Assembly: GCA_964016885.1 (NCBI GenBank) | Contig: OZ024740.1 | Location: 174,468,001 to 174,532,000 of the forward strand | Origin: Eledone cirrhosa | Lineage: Eukaryota | DNA: 64,000 bases | Direction: 5' to 3' | Shown: positions 44,722-59,256 of the stretch, piece by piece | How positions within the stretch are numbered: the stretch's first letter is position 1 | Layout of the letters: each line of letters opens with the position of its first letter | Program-made: the position numbers and the translations under genes | The notes under the pieces: model-generated | What the model was told of the DNA's origin: nothing | Databases searched by the model: none | What the model saw: only the letters and a program-made list of their open reading frames with translations

Positions 44722-47700
44722 CTATATGGTAGTGTGAAATAAGTTTTGGCCGATGAATGAAGCGGTGGTCTTCAATCGAGTGTAATAGTACTTTATAATG
44801 GATGGGTACTTATTTAATGGGCAGTGACAGTGAGCCGGTTAGTATACTTTTTAATGTTTTTTATCGTTTTTTAAGTAAGCTCAATGTTTACATCTGTTTA
44901 AAATGAAGATTTCGTTTAACCTTATAGTGATAGATGATCCAATTGTTTACGTTAACATAATTCACCTAAGTTTATGAGGTGATCTCTGTCTAGTAAAAGT
45001 GCATCATTGAGAAGGATTACTGATTTTGTCACCTTAACATATATGAGGTATTATGCAGTAGATTTACAATTTACTGAGTGGGTTTAGGTTTCTCTAGTCA
45101 TTTGCTGTTTATCTCTTAACCTGAATGCCATCCATATTTTGTATTCATATTTTTTCTATTTTTCATTTTCTTTATTTTTTTATTTTATTTTTACTATCGA
45201 TAGTTTTACTTTATCTTACTATTCTATCATATTAATTGTATTCACTTTTTCGATATTTTTTCTCATGTTTTTAATTATAATAATGGGATTTCTTCAAATG
45301 CTTGTAGATCCATTTTATAGTTTTAGTTCATATCAGTACGTTTCACTATCATAGGTAATTAGAAAAACCTTTCATCTCTTTTATGACTACAAATACGGTA
45401 AAATGTTCCTATTACCTGTATTCTTCAGAATATATCCTATATGTGTTTCAACAACTCGATGCTAAACTTTATCCGACGAGTTGATAGACATATCAAAATG
45501 ATTAATAGCCCATCTAAGTTGAATGAAATATAAAATAGCCTTGTCTGCTGAGTTGGCTTATTAGTTTGGATACCAATAGTTGAGCATAAAGCTCTCATTC
45601 CTCACACGTCACTCTTCTTCCCCATGCTAATGTCTTCCTCATCTCCTTTTATCTTTTTTCTTTTTTCTTTTTCCAGGTGCTGGTTACACTGTTCTTACTC
45701 TCTTAATCACCCGAGTGTCAAAACGGGAAACTCGATGTAACAAATAGTGAAATTTTCAACTTCCAATAAATTTTCAACTTCCAATAAATACAATATTTTA
45801 CACTATACTAACAACGTTCACGTTAAGAGAAAATTTTTCGTTGCTAAAACGTCTAAGTTCACATCATTCGATTTGTTGCTTCTTATTCGTAGTGCGGAAC
45901 GGGTGTTGTATGGCTTGTATTGCCATTTTATGATTTAAAACCAAGCTATCGCTTTATCAGACACTGTTGAACTCGGTTACTAGTTTAGCAGCACAATATA
46001 TAAGATTGGTTGGGATATATATTGACAAGGAACCGAGAAAGAAACTTATTACTTACTTTATCTATCACTAAGAAATAATAACTGACTTAGAAAGAGTGAA
46101 AAGTGCATATATAATTTTCTATCAGGGGAATCTAAATATCCATACATGAATTTGAAAATAGACACATCCTTTCATCGGCATGAAGTCTAGTTCTCCATTT
46201 ATAGTAGCTAATATAGCAATATACCATAAGCGACATCTACCTGTAGCGGCTATTATTCAGAATGTCATCACCTTGGGTTCCATTTTAACATAGTCTATAA
46301 ACATGACACGCAAATAAAGAGAAAGGAATAATTGTGAATTCGTCCGAAAATATCACACACTCATTAACCATTCCGGAACCATATTTCTAATGAAATATAT
46401 GTTGCTTGTTATTTTCAATCAAATAATTATAAATTGAAAGGATATAATAAACTTTGTGTTTACATAACTTAAAACATTTTTTCAGAAAATTATAATGGAA
46501 GGTATAAATTTAAACATGAAGAATTATAATATCTGCAGTGGTTCCAAGCCGCTTGATATTAAAAGGGTTGATATACTGTCCGATATACTGGTGGAACGAT
46601 GTCAATCTCAGATCTTTTTCTTTAATAAGCTCGGCTTAGTCACTGGCGGTAGGTACGAAGGCTTGCAGAATGCAAACGACTGTGGATGGTTTTTGTGCTA
46701 GGTAATTCATGATTCAGTCTACACGGCAATGGAACTTCAATATGGATTTTTCTTCTTTTGGGGGCCATTCTCCTAGACGCACACCTCAGACATACATATT
46801 ACTTGGCAAACTAAAGTTGTATGAATCTCAATTTAATTTAGCCGATCGATTTATTGTGTTTATTTATAGACATTCGAAGTCGGGTGTCAATTTGGCCACA
46901 GTTGTAATCTTCGTGCAAAATCCTAATTTGTACTCTGGAAATAGCTGAAATAATAAGTAAAAAAATGTCTACAGCTTCCAAATAAAAGTTATACTAATTT
47001 GACGAAAAGCCAACAAAATAGAAGATAATATAGCATAACATATATTCATATAAGATTCGTGTAAATTATGTACCTAAAGTCTTCTAATGATAGGTGCACT
47101 ATTATTCTTAATTAATGCAGTAATGTATTAAGGTTGAATAACGAATTATGACTAATGCTGTCTATATGTGTATGTAGATATACATACTATATTACATACA
47201 CGTTTGTGTGTGTGCATTTATGTGTGCGTGTGTATGTGCGTGTTTGAGTGTGTGTGTTTGTCTGTTTGATAGCGTGATTGTGTATGTGACGGTTTTCATA
47301 TCAATATTTGTATATGGAAAAAGCGTGTGGGTTTTCACTGTTAACTTGATCAAATCGATCGATCTGTTACTATATTTATCGAAACAGTTTTGATAGCGGC
47401 AAGTAAAGTTGTGTTTTACCAATTCATCGTTACCTTGGTTACTGCTTCCTCCTCACTCACATCACTCAGATTCTGTCGATGTCGCCGAGTCGAGCGAGAA
47501 GTCCTCGACTATCTGTTTGCTTGTTCCCCGACCTTCAATAACAATCGGGGACTTTCGCGTTTGCACTCAAAGAGGAGGCGAGGATGCGCAAGCAGGTAGG
47601 CAGGTGTTGTAGTAGTAGGTGGAGTAGGATGTGGTAGGTGGAGTAGGGTATATTATAGTGGTAGTAGTGTTGTAGTTATTGGTTGTTGTTGTTGTTAGTG

Positions 47701-48400
47701 ATAATGATGGTGATCGTGATGGTTAAACTGATGGCAACATGATGGCGAAAGTGGAGATGGTGGTTTCTTTTTTTTTGGTAATGTTGTTGGTAGTGGTGGT
47801 GATGGTGGAGTTTGTGTTGGTCTCAATGATGAAGGTGGTAATGAGGTAAAGACGGCAACGGTGGTGGTGGTGGTGGAATTCGTGATGGAGTTAGTGGTGG
47901 CGGGTGGGTTGAGATTGCTATTATACTAGTGGTGATGCTGATGGTGGTAATGGCCGGTGATGGTGGTGATGTTGGTGAAGGAAATAGTAACACCGGTGAT
48001 GGTATCAGCAGTAGTAGTAATAGTAGTAGTGATTTTGGTGATGGTGGTAGTGGTGGTGGAGCTTCGGTGTTGATGTTGGTTATGATGGCGTGGTGGTTAC
48101 TGAACTGATGTTGAGGAGTGTTGTTATTAGTGGAGGTGATTTGGGCTTGGTGGTGATTTGGGGAATATCACAACTGATCGTAGTAGTAGAGGATTGTTTG
48201 ACATGTCGAGGGTGAGGTGTGGGAGGCTCGGTGGTGGTGGAAAAGTTGTGTTGTTGTTATTATTGATGGTGGTGGTTGTGGTTGTGGTATCGGTGGGTGT
48301 AGCGTTGCTGAAAGTGACGTAGTGGATAGTGACTTTAGTCATTATAGTGGTGGGTGTTGGTTTTGAAGGTTATTTCAGAAGTGATGAATATGGTTGAGTA

Positions 48401-48453
48401 CTAGCAGCAACAGCAGCAGCAGCAATAGCAACAGCAATAACAACAGCAGCAGC

Positions 48454-48524
<71 letters not shown>

Positions 48525-48566
48525 CAGCAACAGCAACAGCAGCAATAGCAACAGCAATAACAACAA

Positions 48567-48637
<71 letters not shown>

Positions 48638-48655
48638 ACAGCAGCAGCAGCAACA
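48401..48655. repeat. (AGC)/(AGT)/(AAC) compound trinucleotide array, internally duplicated
   Basis: Block at 48403-48523 repeated from about 48524. Confidence 0.9.
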
Positions 48656-48792
48656 GTTTTTTGTTGTTTCTTAGTTTTCTTAGTTACAGGTGAGTCTTCA
48701 GCGAGCATGGGAAGATGACCAAATGGGTGTTCCAGCCATGACTATCCATATGATATTTATAATAGGTTTACGTTGTCCAGTGTATCCGTCCC

Positions 48793-48898
48793 TATCCCGC
48801 CGAGGTTAACTTTGCCTTTCATCCTTACGGGGGTCGATAAAATAAAGTACCAGTAATACACTGGGTAATTGCTGGCCTTGTGCCAAAAGTAGAAACAA
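48793..48898 (+). mobile_element. 5'-truncated SINE family A
   Basis: Central domain and tail. Confidence 0.88.
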
Positions 48899-49424
48899 TT
48901 ATTTACAGAGATTTGACTGCTATTTCTTGTGGTCGAACGGCTACGTAATGACTTCGTCGTTAGTTCATGGCAGTGGTAGTGGTAGTGATACTGATTAGTG
49001 GTGGTGACGGTGATGTGCAACAACGGTGGTGGGGGTGGCAGGAGCGGTAAAGGTGGTGGTGGCGATGGTGGTGGTGGTGGTGGTGGTGGTGGTGGTGGTG
49101 GTGGTGGTTGAAATATTTCGAATGGAATTTCCAATCCGTAATGGAAATCAACCAAATAGGAAAAAACATGGTAATAAACAAGAAAGGAAAGAGAGAGAGA
49201 GAGAGAGAGGGGGAGAGAGAGGGGGAGAGAGGGAGTGAGTCTGGGGGTGTAAATGAGTGATAGAGAGAGAAAGCATTGTCAGCTGGAGGAGGGAGAAAAC
49301 CGAGAGTTGTAAAAGAAAGAAGGTAACCTTGATAAAAAAAGAAAGACATTTAATATTGGTTAAAGGTCAGCAATTTGAGGGAAGAGGAAAGTCGATAATA
49401 TTGACTCTAGTTATTAACTGGTCA

Positions 49425-49668
49425 TAACGTCGTGGGTTCAATTCCTGGGCTGGGTTGTGTGTTGGTTCTTGTGTGTTGTGTCACTTTGCGTTGCTCCAGT
49501 ATACTTAGCTGTAAACGAGTACCAGCAATAGCTGGGGGTTTAACCCTGCGATGGACTGGTGTCCTGTCCAGGGGAAAGTCTTGTACTCTCAGTCGCTTTA
49601 CGCCATGAAACCAGGATAAGCATCGGCCTAACGAGCCTTAAATGGCTTAAGACAGACTTTAGACTTAA
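49425..49668 (+). mobile_element. SINE family B nested in a minus-strand family A remnant (about 49357-49710)
   Basis: B-box GGTTCAATTCC and CORE-like segment; family A pieces on either side. Confidence 0.75.
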
Positions 49669-50199
49669 TTGGTGCTTTATTTTATTGACCCTGGAAGGAT
49701 GAAAGGCAATGTTCTGCTAGAGAGCGGTTTGCAGATGGCAGATAACGATACAGCCATCAGATATGATGGTCAGTTGCGATATAAGTAGGGTTTTGCCAGA
49801 CGAATAAGCAACAGTAAGCTACTAGGGAAGATGGAGTAAGAGGTGACACAGTTAACCCTCAAGAAAACTCTCACAACCCAGCGCTGCAGTTACGATTGAG
49901 AAAATTACCAAGTAAGTCACTGGCGCGAATAAGATCACCAAAATCTGGAGGACAGATGTAATAAAAGCAATCATGCTGCACGTGGAGTAACATGGGATGC
50001 GTTCAGGCCTTAAGTAGAAGGATCTGTTCGAAAGATATATTGTAGCATACATACAACGTCGTAAAAACTGGCGATGGGCCTGCGACTTGTCCAGGAAGGC
50101 ATGGCAGTGACGCACAAAGGTTGTGTATCCTGAAACCCTAAAGATAGTGCAAAAAGGAGCTAACTTTAACAATTGACAGCTAGAAGATTACAACCCTTA

Positions 50200-51500
50200 C
50201 AGATAAGAAACAAGAATTAGGGAAGGACGCTAGTTGTTACCGGGGTTTCTTCAACAAAGTTCCCTAGCTCTGTTAACGTAGATTTGGATGGAGGATGGAA
50301 ACTCGAACGTCCATCTCGACTTACAGGATAAAGTGGGAAGCGCTGGTTGATGAAGGGGTTAGGACCAGGTATGCGAATACTATTGCATCCGAGTTCATAG
50401 AACTCCTTGAAAAAACTGAGGATGTTGAAACTGTGTGGAAACTGTTCAGCTCAACAATTTCTACTTCAGCTGTTAAATGCTGCGAGCGAAAGCGGGTCGT
50501 TTTGGCACCGGTTGGTAGGAGGATTCCCTTGTTCAATCAGAGCGATAAAGATGCCATTCGTTCAAAGAAGTGGGCTTACAAAACTTGGCTTGGAAATAAT
50601 TCTTCCTAAAAGCAGAGTCAGTAAGGACTGAGGTTAAGCTGAAATCTGATCATCCACCAACTTCTTAATAAGAAATATCCCCCCTCCTGTCTGCTATCAG
50701 GAACACATCTGTGGTTCTCTCTGAAGACAGGTGCATCTTCACGAGATGGAACGACTACTATGCTTACCTCCTAAATCCGGTCACAACATTTGATGTACAT
50801 AATATTCATCTAGAGGCGAAGATCAAACTCTCGTAGGGTGTGATCACTATAGTAATTAAATCGCTCAAATGTAGTAAAGCATCCGGAGAGGATAATATTT
50901 AGCCTGAAATGTTAAAAGCCTTAAAATGAAAAAGTATTCTCTGGCTGATTCGTGTGTGCCGTGTGGTTTGGATCACTGGAAAGGCACCAAAGCAATGGCA
51001 ATCGGGAATGATAATTCCATTTATCAAAAAGGAAGGAAGAGAGATTGCACTAATTAGTGAAGAATCTCCTTCTTAAGCCTCCCCGATAAAGTCTATGCTA
51101 AGTGTCTGGCAAAGAGATGTAGAGATATTGTCGAGTCCAAACTAACTGACGAACATGGACGGCAGTTCTTTGCGAATTTGTGGAAATATTGCTAAAAGGT
51201 GTATACTTGTTTCGTGGACATCGAAATAGTGTGTGGCCGCGTTCCAAGTGAGGTGTAGCAGGATCTACGGGTGATCAACAGACAACTGCTGATTGTTTTG
51301 AAACCCCTATGCGAATGCCCTAGTTCTTGTGTTCGGATGAATGGTGCAAAATCGAAACAACTCAATGTGGGCTTTGGGCTCTGCCAAGAGTGCATATTGT
51401 CACCACTCCTGAACAAAATTGACATACGCAGCCTGGCTAGAAGTGGCATCAAATCCGGCGTATGTAGGATCAATTGACTGGAATTTACAGACATCTTTGA
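50200..51500 (+). mobile_element. Degraded RTE-type LINE; related fragment at 40262-40410 (-)
   Basis: KASGED-like motif, ISLLSLPDKVYAK, CFVDIE, GLCQECILSPLL. Confidence 0.7.
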
Positions 51501-51699
51501 AAGATATACTACTGTCCTTTCTTACACATGGTATATCTGAAAACAACTGATACTGATTGTCTAAACGAGACACAGAAGCGTTATTTTCAGTGAGGTGACG
51601 TCTATAATATTAAGAGAAATATTAGCAAATTTAATGAGTGCTTTAATTGTTTTGCTTTTTTTATTAGGGATCAACTGGTCAAACATGTCACCCATATCA

Positions 51700-53100
51700 T
51701 CACTGGTGTATGCAACAAACTGATGAAATTAATTGCGCAGTGAAGGAGACAGCAGAATCAAAGCATCTTATGAAATAATAAATGAGATTGCAGGCAATGT
51801 TTACTACTGATGTAAAACAAATAGCATCTGTTATAAGCATGAAAAGAAAATTTAATACTGTCAGGAACAAGACATTTAATGGGAGAATTATTCTGATAAT
51901 TTCTGAACCAACCACAAAAACAGAGTTGTAACTAGCTGTGTATCAGTTGAAGAAATAGAACGAGCTATTGAGCAATTAAAAAAGGGAAGGTTTCTGGAAT
52001 AGATAAAATTGCAGAAGTAATGCTAAAAATAGATAAGCTATTATTGAAGCTTTTTCCGTAATATATGAAATATTCAACAAATATATGAAGAATGGAAGGT
52101 TGGAATAATGACTAGGATACAAAAAAGAGGTGGCACCTCAGACAGTTTGGAATTTAGAGAAATAAAATTGTGCAAATTAGAATTGATGTTGTTTAAGTCT
52201 GGTTATCGTGGATAGGTTACATGCTGCTTTGGACAGTATACTAAGCTGGAGCGACCAAATATTGTTTGCCCAGGCAAATTACAGGACATACGCCGAATTC
52301 AGTTAGCTTTTCATAAGGCTTTTCATAGGGTCTTTGATAATGCACATAGGATTACAGTTTGGATGGTCCTACGACATTCTTGTTTGCCGAAAAAGTATAT
52401 TAATCTAATAGGTCTAATATCGAGAAAGAAAATTTTGAAAACGTAGATGGTTAGTTTCCAAATGAATTTGAAGTGGTGTTGCAGGGAGATCTTTTATCAC
52501 CTCTCCTGTTTGCTGTTCTACTAAATTACGTCGAGAAGGACACAGTTGGAATTGAAAGAGAAGTAATTTAATGGATTTATGGAAAATATTTGTCAGCTTT
52601 GGATTTTACTGATAATATTTTCCCTTTGTAATATAACTATAAAAGTAAATAGGCAAATGTGGGGACATAAAAATAAACATAAGTAAAACAGTAAAGTATG
52701 TAAACCGAGTAAGCAGATAGAAGAGATACATCATTGAATAGGAATACACTAAGGAGGCTAAATAAGTTTTGACTTGGAACGTTAAAAGAATGTTGTTGAT
52801 CTTTAGAAACCAATTTTAATGAGAGACTTGCGAAAGCAAAGCAAACAACGGTAACGCTTCCAAATATCTGAAGATTATATAGATTGACGATTCATATAAA
52901 TTGTATAATTTAAAAGTAAAAAGTGGTTTACTATATCAAAGAGATTCGTGGTATAGCAATCAAACAATGGCTTATCCTATTAAAATTTATCAAAGTATAT
53001 CATTACGGGATAAAATGGTATGATTTTGTGAAAACAAAAGTGGTTTAAAACATTACATTAGATGAAGAAATAATGAAAGCAAAGGTGGTACCACGTCATT
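51700..53100 (+). mobile_element. Highly degraded LINE RT remnant
   Basis: Traces such as FHRVFD, LQGDLLSPLLFAV and LDFTD. Confidence 0.55.
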
Positions 53101-53224
53101 TGGCCACAGCTTGAAGACTGACTAACATGTCAGCCCAATGTAAGAGAAGAATGCCGAAGTCCTTTTGAATGCGAACAATGAAAGAGAATACAGAATAGAC
53201 AAAGTTGCTGAAAATATATGGAGG

Positions 53225-53460
<236 letters not shown>

Positions 53461-54392
53461 CTTTGTGAAGGCGCATGGTTTAGTGGTTACAGCACTGCGC
53501 TTACAATCGGGATTTTGTGAGTTCGATTCTCAGACCGGCGGGTGCGTGCAAAGAGGAAGCGGTCGGTCAGGTCTCGGCATTTGACTATCTTTTTTTCCTC
53601 CGCATTGCGGGCAGTGAAGCCCGGATTTGTGGTCGGAGCTACACGTCTGGTGGCGGAGAACGAGTCACTGCACGTCACTATCATTATTGCATAACTTCAG
53701 TCGTCTACTCCCAATAATCTGATCTGATTAACTCGTACAGCCCTACTGATTACTTCGGATGTGTAAACAAGATATCTAATATGTTCGTCCACTGAATATT
53801 TATTTATGATATATTTCTTAGCTATGGCTGGCTTTACTGACGTCCATTTATTAATATCACAGCTTCATAATAATAGCCTCTGCTAAACGAATCAATAAGA
53901 TTTGCTATTCTAACGGCATATGAAATCTTTGCAAGAAATATTGTCTTGAAGGCACTTCTGGTTAACAGTTTCAACTAATCTACTTATTATTGTGATCAAC
54001 GACCAATCGACAGTAAAGATAAACTCTCGCTTTACAACAATTGTGCCCGTTGTATTATAGCAATTTCATCAAAATAATCATCAAATTTCATTATTATTAT
54101 TATTTTTCCTTCTTCGCCAGATAATAAATATAATCAGAAATTAAAACCAGGTCGCAGCTTGACAGAAGCTAGAATCCAAATTACGGCACTCAAACAAAAC
54201 ATTAAAAAAATATATTCATACATAATACATACTGTATATTTATTCATTTATATTGATGGAAATATAAAGATATATATCTATAAATATATACACTTATATA
54301 TTGTTGCTATTTGTATTCTTGATATATGCCCACGAATGCACAATTACATAGAACGGATTGCTATACAATTGCTGATTAAAAATATGCATACA

Positions 54393-54436
<44 letters not shown>

Positions 54437-54646
54437 CACACACACACCACATGCACACACGCACACACATACATATATATATGTTGCATTATCTACTCCG
54501 CGGAAAATATACTCGATCCAGCGTTTGCAATGACCTGAAAGGAGTGCTTAACGGAAGCGTTTGGGAAGACGTGAGATATCTGAGCACAATTCAAGAAAGT
54601 AGTCAATACGGCAGCTTCGCTCATGTTTATATATATTTTATATGTG

Positions 54647-54965
54647 AAGGCGCATGACTTAGTGGTTAAAGAGTTGGATTTACAATCATGAGGTTGTGAG
54701 TTCGATTCCCAGACTGGACGATGTGTTGTGTCCTTCATGAAGACACTTTATTTCGCGTTGCTCCAGTTCACGCTGCTGTAAAAATGATTGGAAATGTCAC
54801 TGGTGCCAAGCGCTATCACCCTTTGCTTTTCCTTTGAACAACATCGGTGGAGTGGAGAAAGGTGATTGGTATGCATGGGTGATTGCTGGTCTTCCATAAA
54901 AACTCCTTGCCCTGACTTTTCTAGGTGTAAAACCCATTGTCATTCGTAACCAAAAGGAGTCTTTA
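54647..54965 (+). mobile_element. tRNA-derived CORE-like SINE (family C)
   Basis: A-box TGACTTAGTGG, B-box GAGTTCGATTCCC and CORE-like GTGTCCTT..ACACTTTATTTCGCGTTGCTCCAGT. Confidence 0.8.
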
Positions 54966-55303
54966 CCATAATCTATATTTATATATATGTTTAAATGTAC
55001 CGAATTATGAGAGGGAAAATAACCAGACATATTTGTTATATGAAAAACAAAAAGTGAAGTTAAGGCCAACATATTTATGAGTTAAGCAATGATATTTAAT
55101 TGAAATAAACATATATAGTGAGGAGAGTCATAATTCTCCTTATTAAGGACTGGGGAAACAATACCGGAATTTAGATTAAATAAATAGAATAGAATGGGAT
55201 GTGATTCTGCTTCTTAGCACAACGCAGACATCCTATGATTTGTTTCGGCTTTATTAAAGCACATCAGCGAATTTTAGTCTATTACCTTGAGATACATACA
55301 TAC

Positions 55304-55884
55304 ATGATGGCTGTCCCTTCGTTATCGAGTATGGCCATTGCACGATATAACATTATTAATAATTATCAATTAATGCTATCGTGCAATGCCAGTGTGTGAA
55401 GATTTTTTTTAAAGTGAGGAAAGACTGAGCACTGAGCCAATCCCATTCTCTGAGCGACAGTAGCTATAATCCGAAAAGAAGAAAAGATCAGCATCATCGG
55501 TAACTCCTGAGTTACCTTCTCCTAGACGAATGCCCTGACAAAGACTAGGCGTCCTTCACTCCCAGTGGTTTAACCGCGCGATCGGGTGTCCAGCCCGACT
55601 ATTTCTATGTCCCCGCGCATATACAGACACATGCACCCATGTATATACACATATACATATACATACATATGTACATGTGTATATACAAATTTTTCACACA
55701 TTTGGATGGCCGTTGACTCTTATGAGTTCTTTGTCAGGTCTTGTCCTTTGTCCTGCAGGGTGTCCAAAATCACCCTCCTCACCAAGTAAACTTGGTGGGG
55801 TTGCAGGTTTAGTCGCCGAGACCCGACCATGCCACAGGTTGTACTGGGTTACATGTTACCAGTAGGATCCAAGAGTGACCCGAC
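55304..55884 (-). mobile_element. Full-length non-autonomous RTE-type element
   Basis: Leader 55700-55884, linker, body and tail as in 40533-41070. Confidence 0.8.
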
Positions 55885-55947
55885 ATACATACATACATAC
55901 ATACATACATACATACATACATACATACATACATACATACATACATA

Positions 55948-56558
55948 CATGGTGGCTGCCAACTCGTTTTCGAGTACGGCCACTACTTTATATCCATGTA
56001 GGAGAACTCCTACCGATGCGCTGAACGAGTGTGACTTTTTAGTCCAGCCAGCGACTTGAAAACTCTGGTACAAACACTACACTTGTGACAATAATTGACA
56101 CATGGTGCTGGGCCCATGGTACCAAGTAACAACAAGTGCAGAGAGATCTCCAGATATAAAGCAATGCCTGTGCCGTGAAGCTTTTATAGTGAGCAAAGGC
56201 ACTGCACAAAGCCGGTCCCACTCTCTTAACCAAGATGATATTTACCAAAAAGAAGAACAAGTCAACATCATTGCATACCATCAGGGTTGCAGGTGTTATA
56301 TCAGAGTTTTCCTTCTCCTAGAATTCTGCCTTGACAAAGGCTAAGGGGTCATCTCTCCCGGTGATTTTGGATGGCCATTGACTCTTAAGAGCTCCTTTGC
56401 CCTTTGACAGGTTTCGTTTTTAGTCCTGCAGGATGCCCAAAGTCACCCTCCTCACCAAGAAACCTTGGTGTGGTTGCCAGTTTAGTCGCCAACGACCCGA
56501 CCATAAGACAGGTTTTACTGGGATACATGGTACCAGTAGCACCAACTGGTGACCTGAA
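55948..56558 (-). mobile_element. Non-autonomous RTE-type element with the same leader and a different body
   Basis: Leader 56365-56558, CTAGGAGAAGGAAAACTC and 3' stem-loop CTCG-AAAA-CGAG. Confidence 0.75.
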
Positions 56559-56632
56559 ATACATACATACATACATACATACATACATACATACATACAT
56601 ACATACATACATACATACATACATACATACAT

Positions 56633-58020
56633 AGTTCCGAGCAGTTGATGTTGGAACTCGAAAAATAGTGAACAACACCGGAAACTTCCACATCAACAGT
56701 GACATAGACCGCCTTTACTTGAAACGTAAGCAGGGAGGCAGAGGCCTAGCATCAGTCCAGACAACATTTGAATGTCGCATCATATCTCTCCGACAACATC
56801 TACGAACCTCGAAGCGTAGGAGCCCGTTTCTCGAACTAGTCTATCTACATGAAACAGATAAGATCATGAGAGTTGGGAAGGAACTCCTCGAGAGATATTC
56901 CCTGTGTGATAATCAAAAACTCACACCCAGGGATGTCGCTCAGCAGCATCGCAGTGAATCCATGGATGAAAAACAGCATGCCAATCAGCAAAAACTCATG
57001 CATGGATATGTTGCCAGGAAACTCCAGAATGAGAGTAATATAGATAAAGAAAGTAGTCAATCTTGGGCCAACAACCGCTATATTGGCTCCCACTTTGAAG
57101 GATACGCTTTTGCAATCCAAGAACAGGAGATTAGCACGAAATAACCGATTCACAAAAGAGATAGGGATGCAGGCAAAACACCTAGATGTGATAACAAGTG
57201 CAGACTCTGCAGAACTAACATCGAGGATATCACCCATGTCATCAGCAGCTGTCCAAAGATGTCATCGCGGTACTTTCTACCTATGAGGCATGATGTAGTG
57301 GCGAAAACACTGTACAGTGCAGTTCGTAAAAAAGATAGCCCCGATAATAAACACATTAAAAGCTACAGCAATGTGGAAGACATCCATGTACATAATATGA
57401 AAGAGTACTGGTGGAATGTTCCGGTAAAAACCCCAATAAATGCAGGCATAACAGACCAGGTATTATGATATGGGACAGGGAGAAGAAAGCATGCACAATA
57501 GTGGAAGTTAGCTGTCCAGCAGATCCCAATATAATATCAAAGATTAGTGAAAAGGAGAATATTTATGCAGAACTGATGAGAAATCTACAGATACTCCACC
57601 CTGATTACACCTTCAGATTTATGCCTGTGATTATTGGGGCACTGTTATATGTTAGTAATTGCCTCAATACAAATCTTGAGAAGCTAGGCTTCACAGGAAC
57701 AGAAAGAACACAACTAGTTAGGAAATTACAAGTACAATCCATTAAATGGAACAGTAAAAATATGTAATACATTCCAAAAATGTTGCATCTAATAACTGCA
57801 TATACACATATACAGATGCAAAGCATATACACATGCACCCATACAACTCAAAACATACACATGCACACATACAATAACATCCATATCTACACATGCATGC
57901 ATGCATACATATCTACCTAGTTGATGTTGTGTAAATTCCAATGAGAGTCTTGTGTCTATGTTAGAAACCGACTCTCTCTCTCTATTGGTAAAACTTTGTG
58001 AAATTATAAAACCAGAGGTA
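56633..58020 (+). mobile_element. Second, shorter copy of the (TACA)n-inserted R4/Dong-like element
   Basis: High similarity to about 43253-44645 with the same 3' end; TACA flanks. Confidence 0.93.
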
Positions 58021-58035
58021 CATACATACATACAT

Positions 58036-59256
58036 TTGGCCTGCTGAACTGGTCATTGCAAGAACTAAGTGAGATGGATGTTAGAACTCGCAAACTTCCC
58101 AGTGTTTCTGGAAACTTTAACATCAATGGTGATGTGGATAGGCTATACTTCTCACGCAAGGAATATGGCCAGGGTCTAAAATCCATATTAACATCATATG
58201 AGACCCGGATAGTAACTCTGAAGCAACATCTTCAACGGAGTAAAAAGGTTGGCAACCATCTTGCCCAGGTTCATGAGCATGAAGGAAAAAATATCATTAG
58301 GATAGCCACTGATCTGGAGGAAAGATATGGAATAAAGCCTGATATAAATCTCTCCCTCAGAGAAATCGGAAGATCCTATTCAATGTTCAAACAAAAAGAA
58401 AAATTGACCAATTTACAGAAAAAGTTGTGCATGGATACTTGAGACATAAAACACAGACCATAGAGGTGATAAACCATTCAAAAGCCTGGCATGTAGTTCC
58501 GACAAATTTATGACATCACACCTTGAGGGATATCTCTATGCAGTACAAGAACAAGAACTCCCTACCAAATATCTGCTGCACAAAAGAGGAGGGCCATCAG
58601 CTGACAATAAATGTAGGCTATGTAAAACAAAGATCGAAGATGTAAGCCAGATTGTTGCCAACTGCGAAAGAATGTCATCTCGCTACTACCTCATGAGACA
58701 CGATGGGGTAGCTAGAACCATCTGGAACGCACTTCTGAAAACAAAATTAACAACAAACGAGGAAGAATATATTGAGACAGATGGCACTAAAGAATACTGG
58801 TGGAACCTGAAAATAAACACTGCCACCAAATTAAAGCACAACCGGCCTGATATTGTTGTTTGGGACCACACATTGAAAACGTGTTCTGCTGTAGAGATCA
58901 GCTGCCCACTTGATGTAAACGTTGTCAGAAAAATACAGGAGAAGGAGGACATCTACGGACCATTGATGAGGAGTTTACAAATCCAGTATCCAAGATACAC
59001 CTTTAGCTTCATACCCATCATTATTGGAGCTACGGGTTATAAACCCGCTTGGACCAATGTATAATTGAACTTGGATTTGCGAACAAAGAGCACAGCTCCC
59101 TAATTCATAGTCTACAAATGGCTGCGATAGCTGGCACCTTCAAAGTTTGCAAAACATTCTTGCGATTCAAGAGATGACAATTTCTTTTCTTTTACAACCT
59201 TGCCACCAGGAAGGTGGCCGGTCAAAAATATACTCGAAATTAAGAGAAAGAGAGAC
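58036..59256 (+). mobile_element. Distinct R4/Dong-like family, 3' fragment in (TACA)n
   Basis: GNFNINGDVDRLY, AVQEQEL, CRLC...RHD, HNRPDIVVWD and EISCP. Confidence 0.9.

Noticed and set aside
47600-49160. Poly-Thr/Ser/Leu/His/Pro ORFs resembling a low-complexity transcription factor
   Set aside because: Trinucleotide microsatellites with frequent stops and no recognisable domain
53467-53545. tRNA gene (also 54647 and 10593)
   Set aside because: A and B boxes are present but no convincing cloverleaf; these are SINE heads
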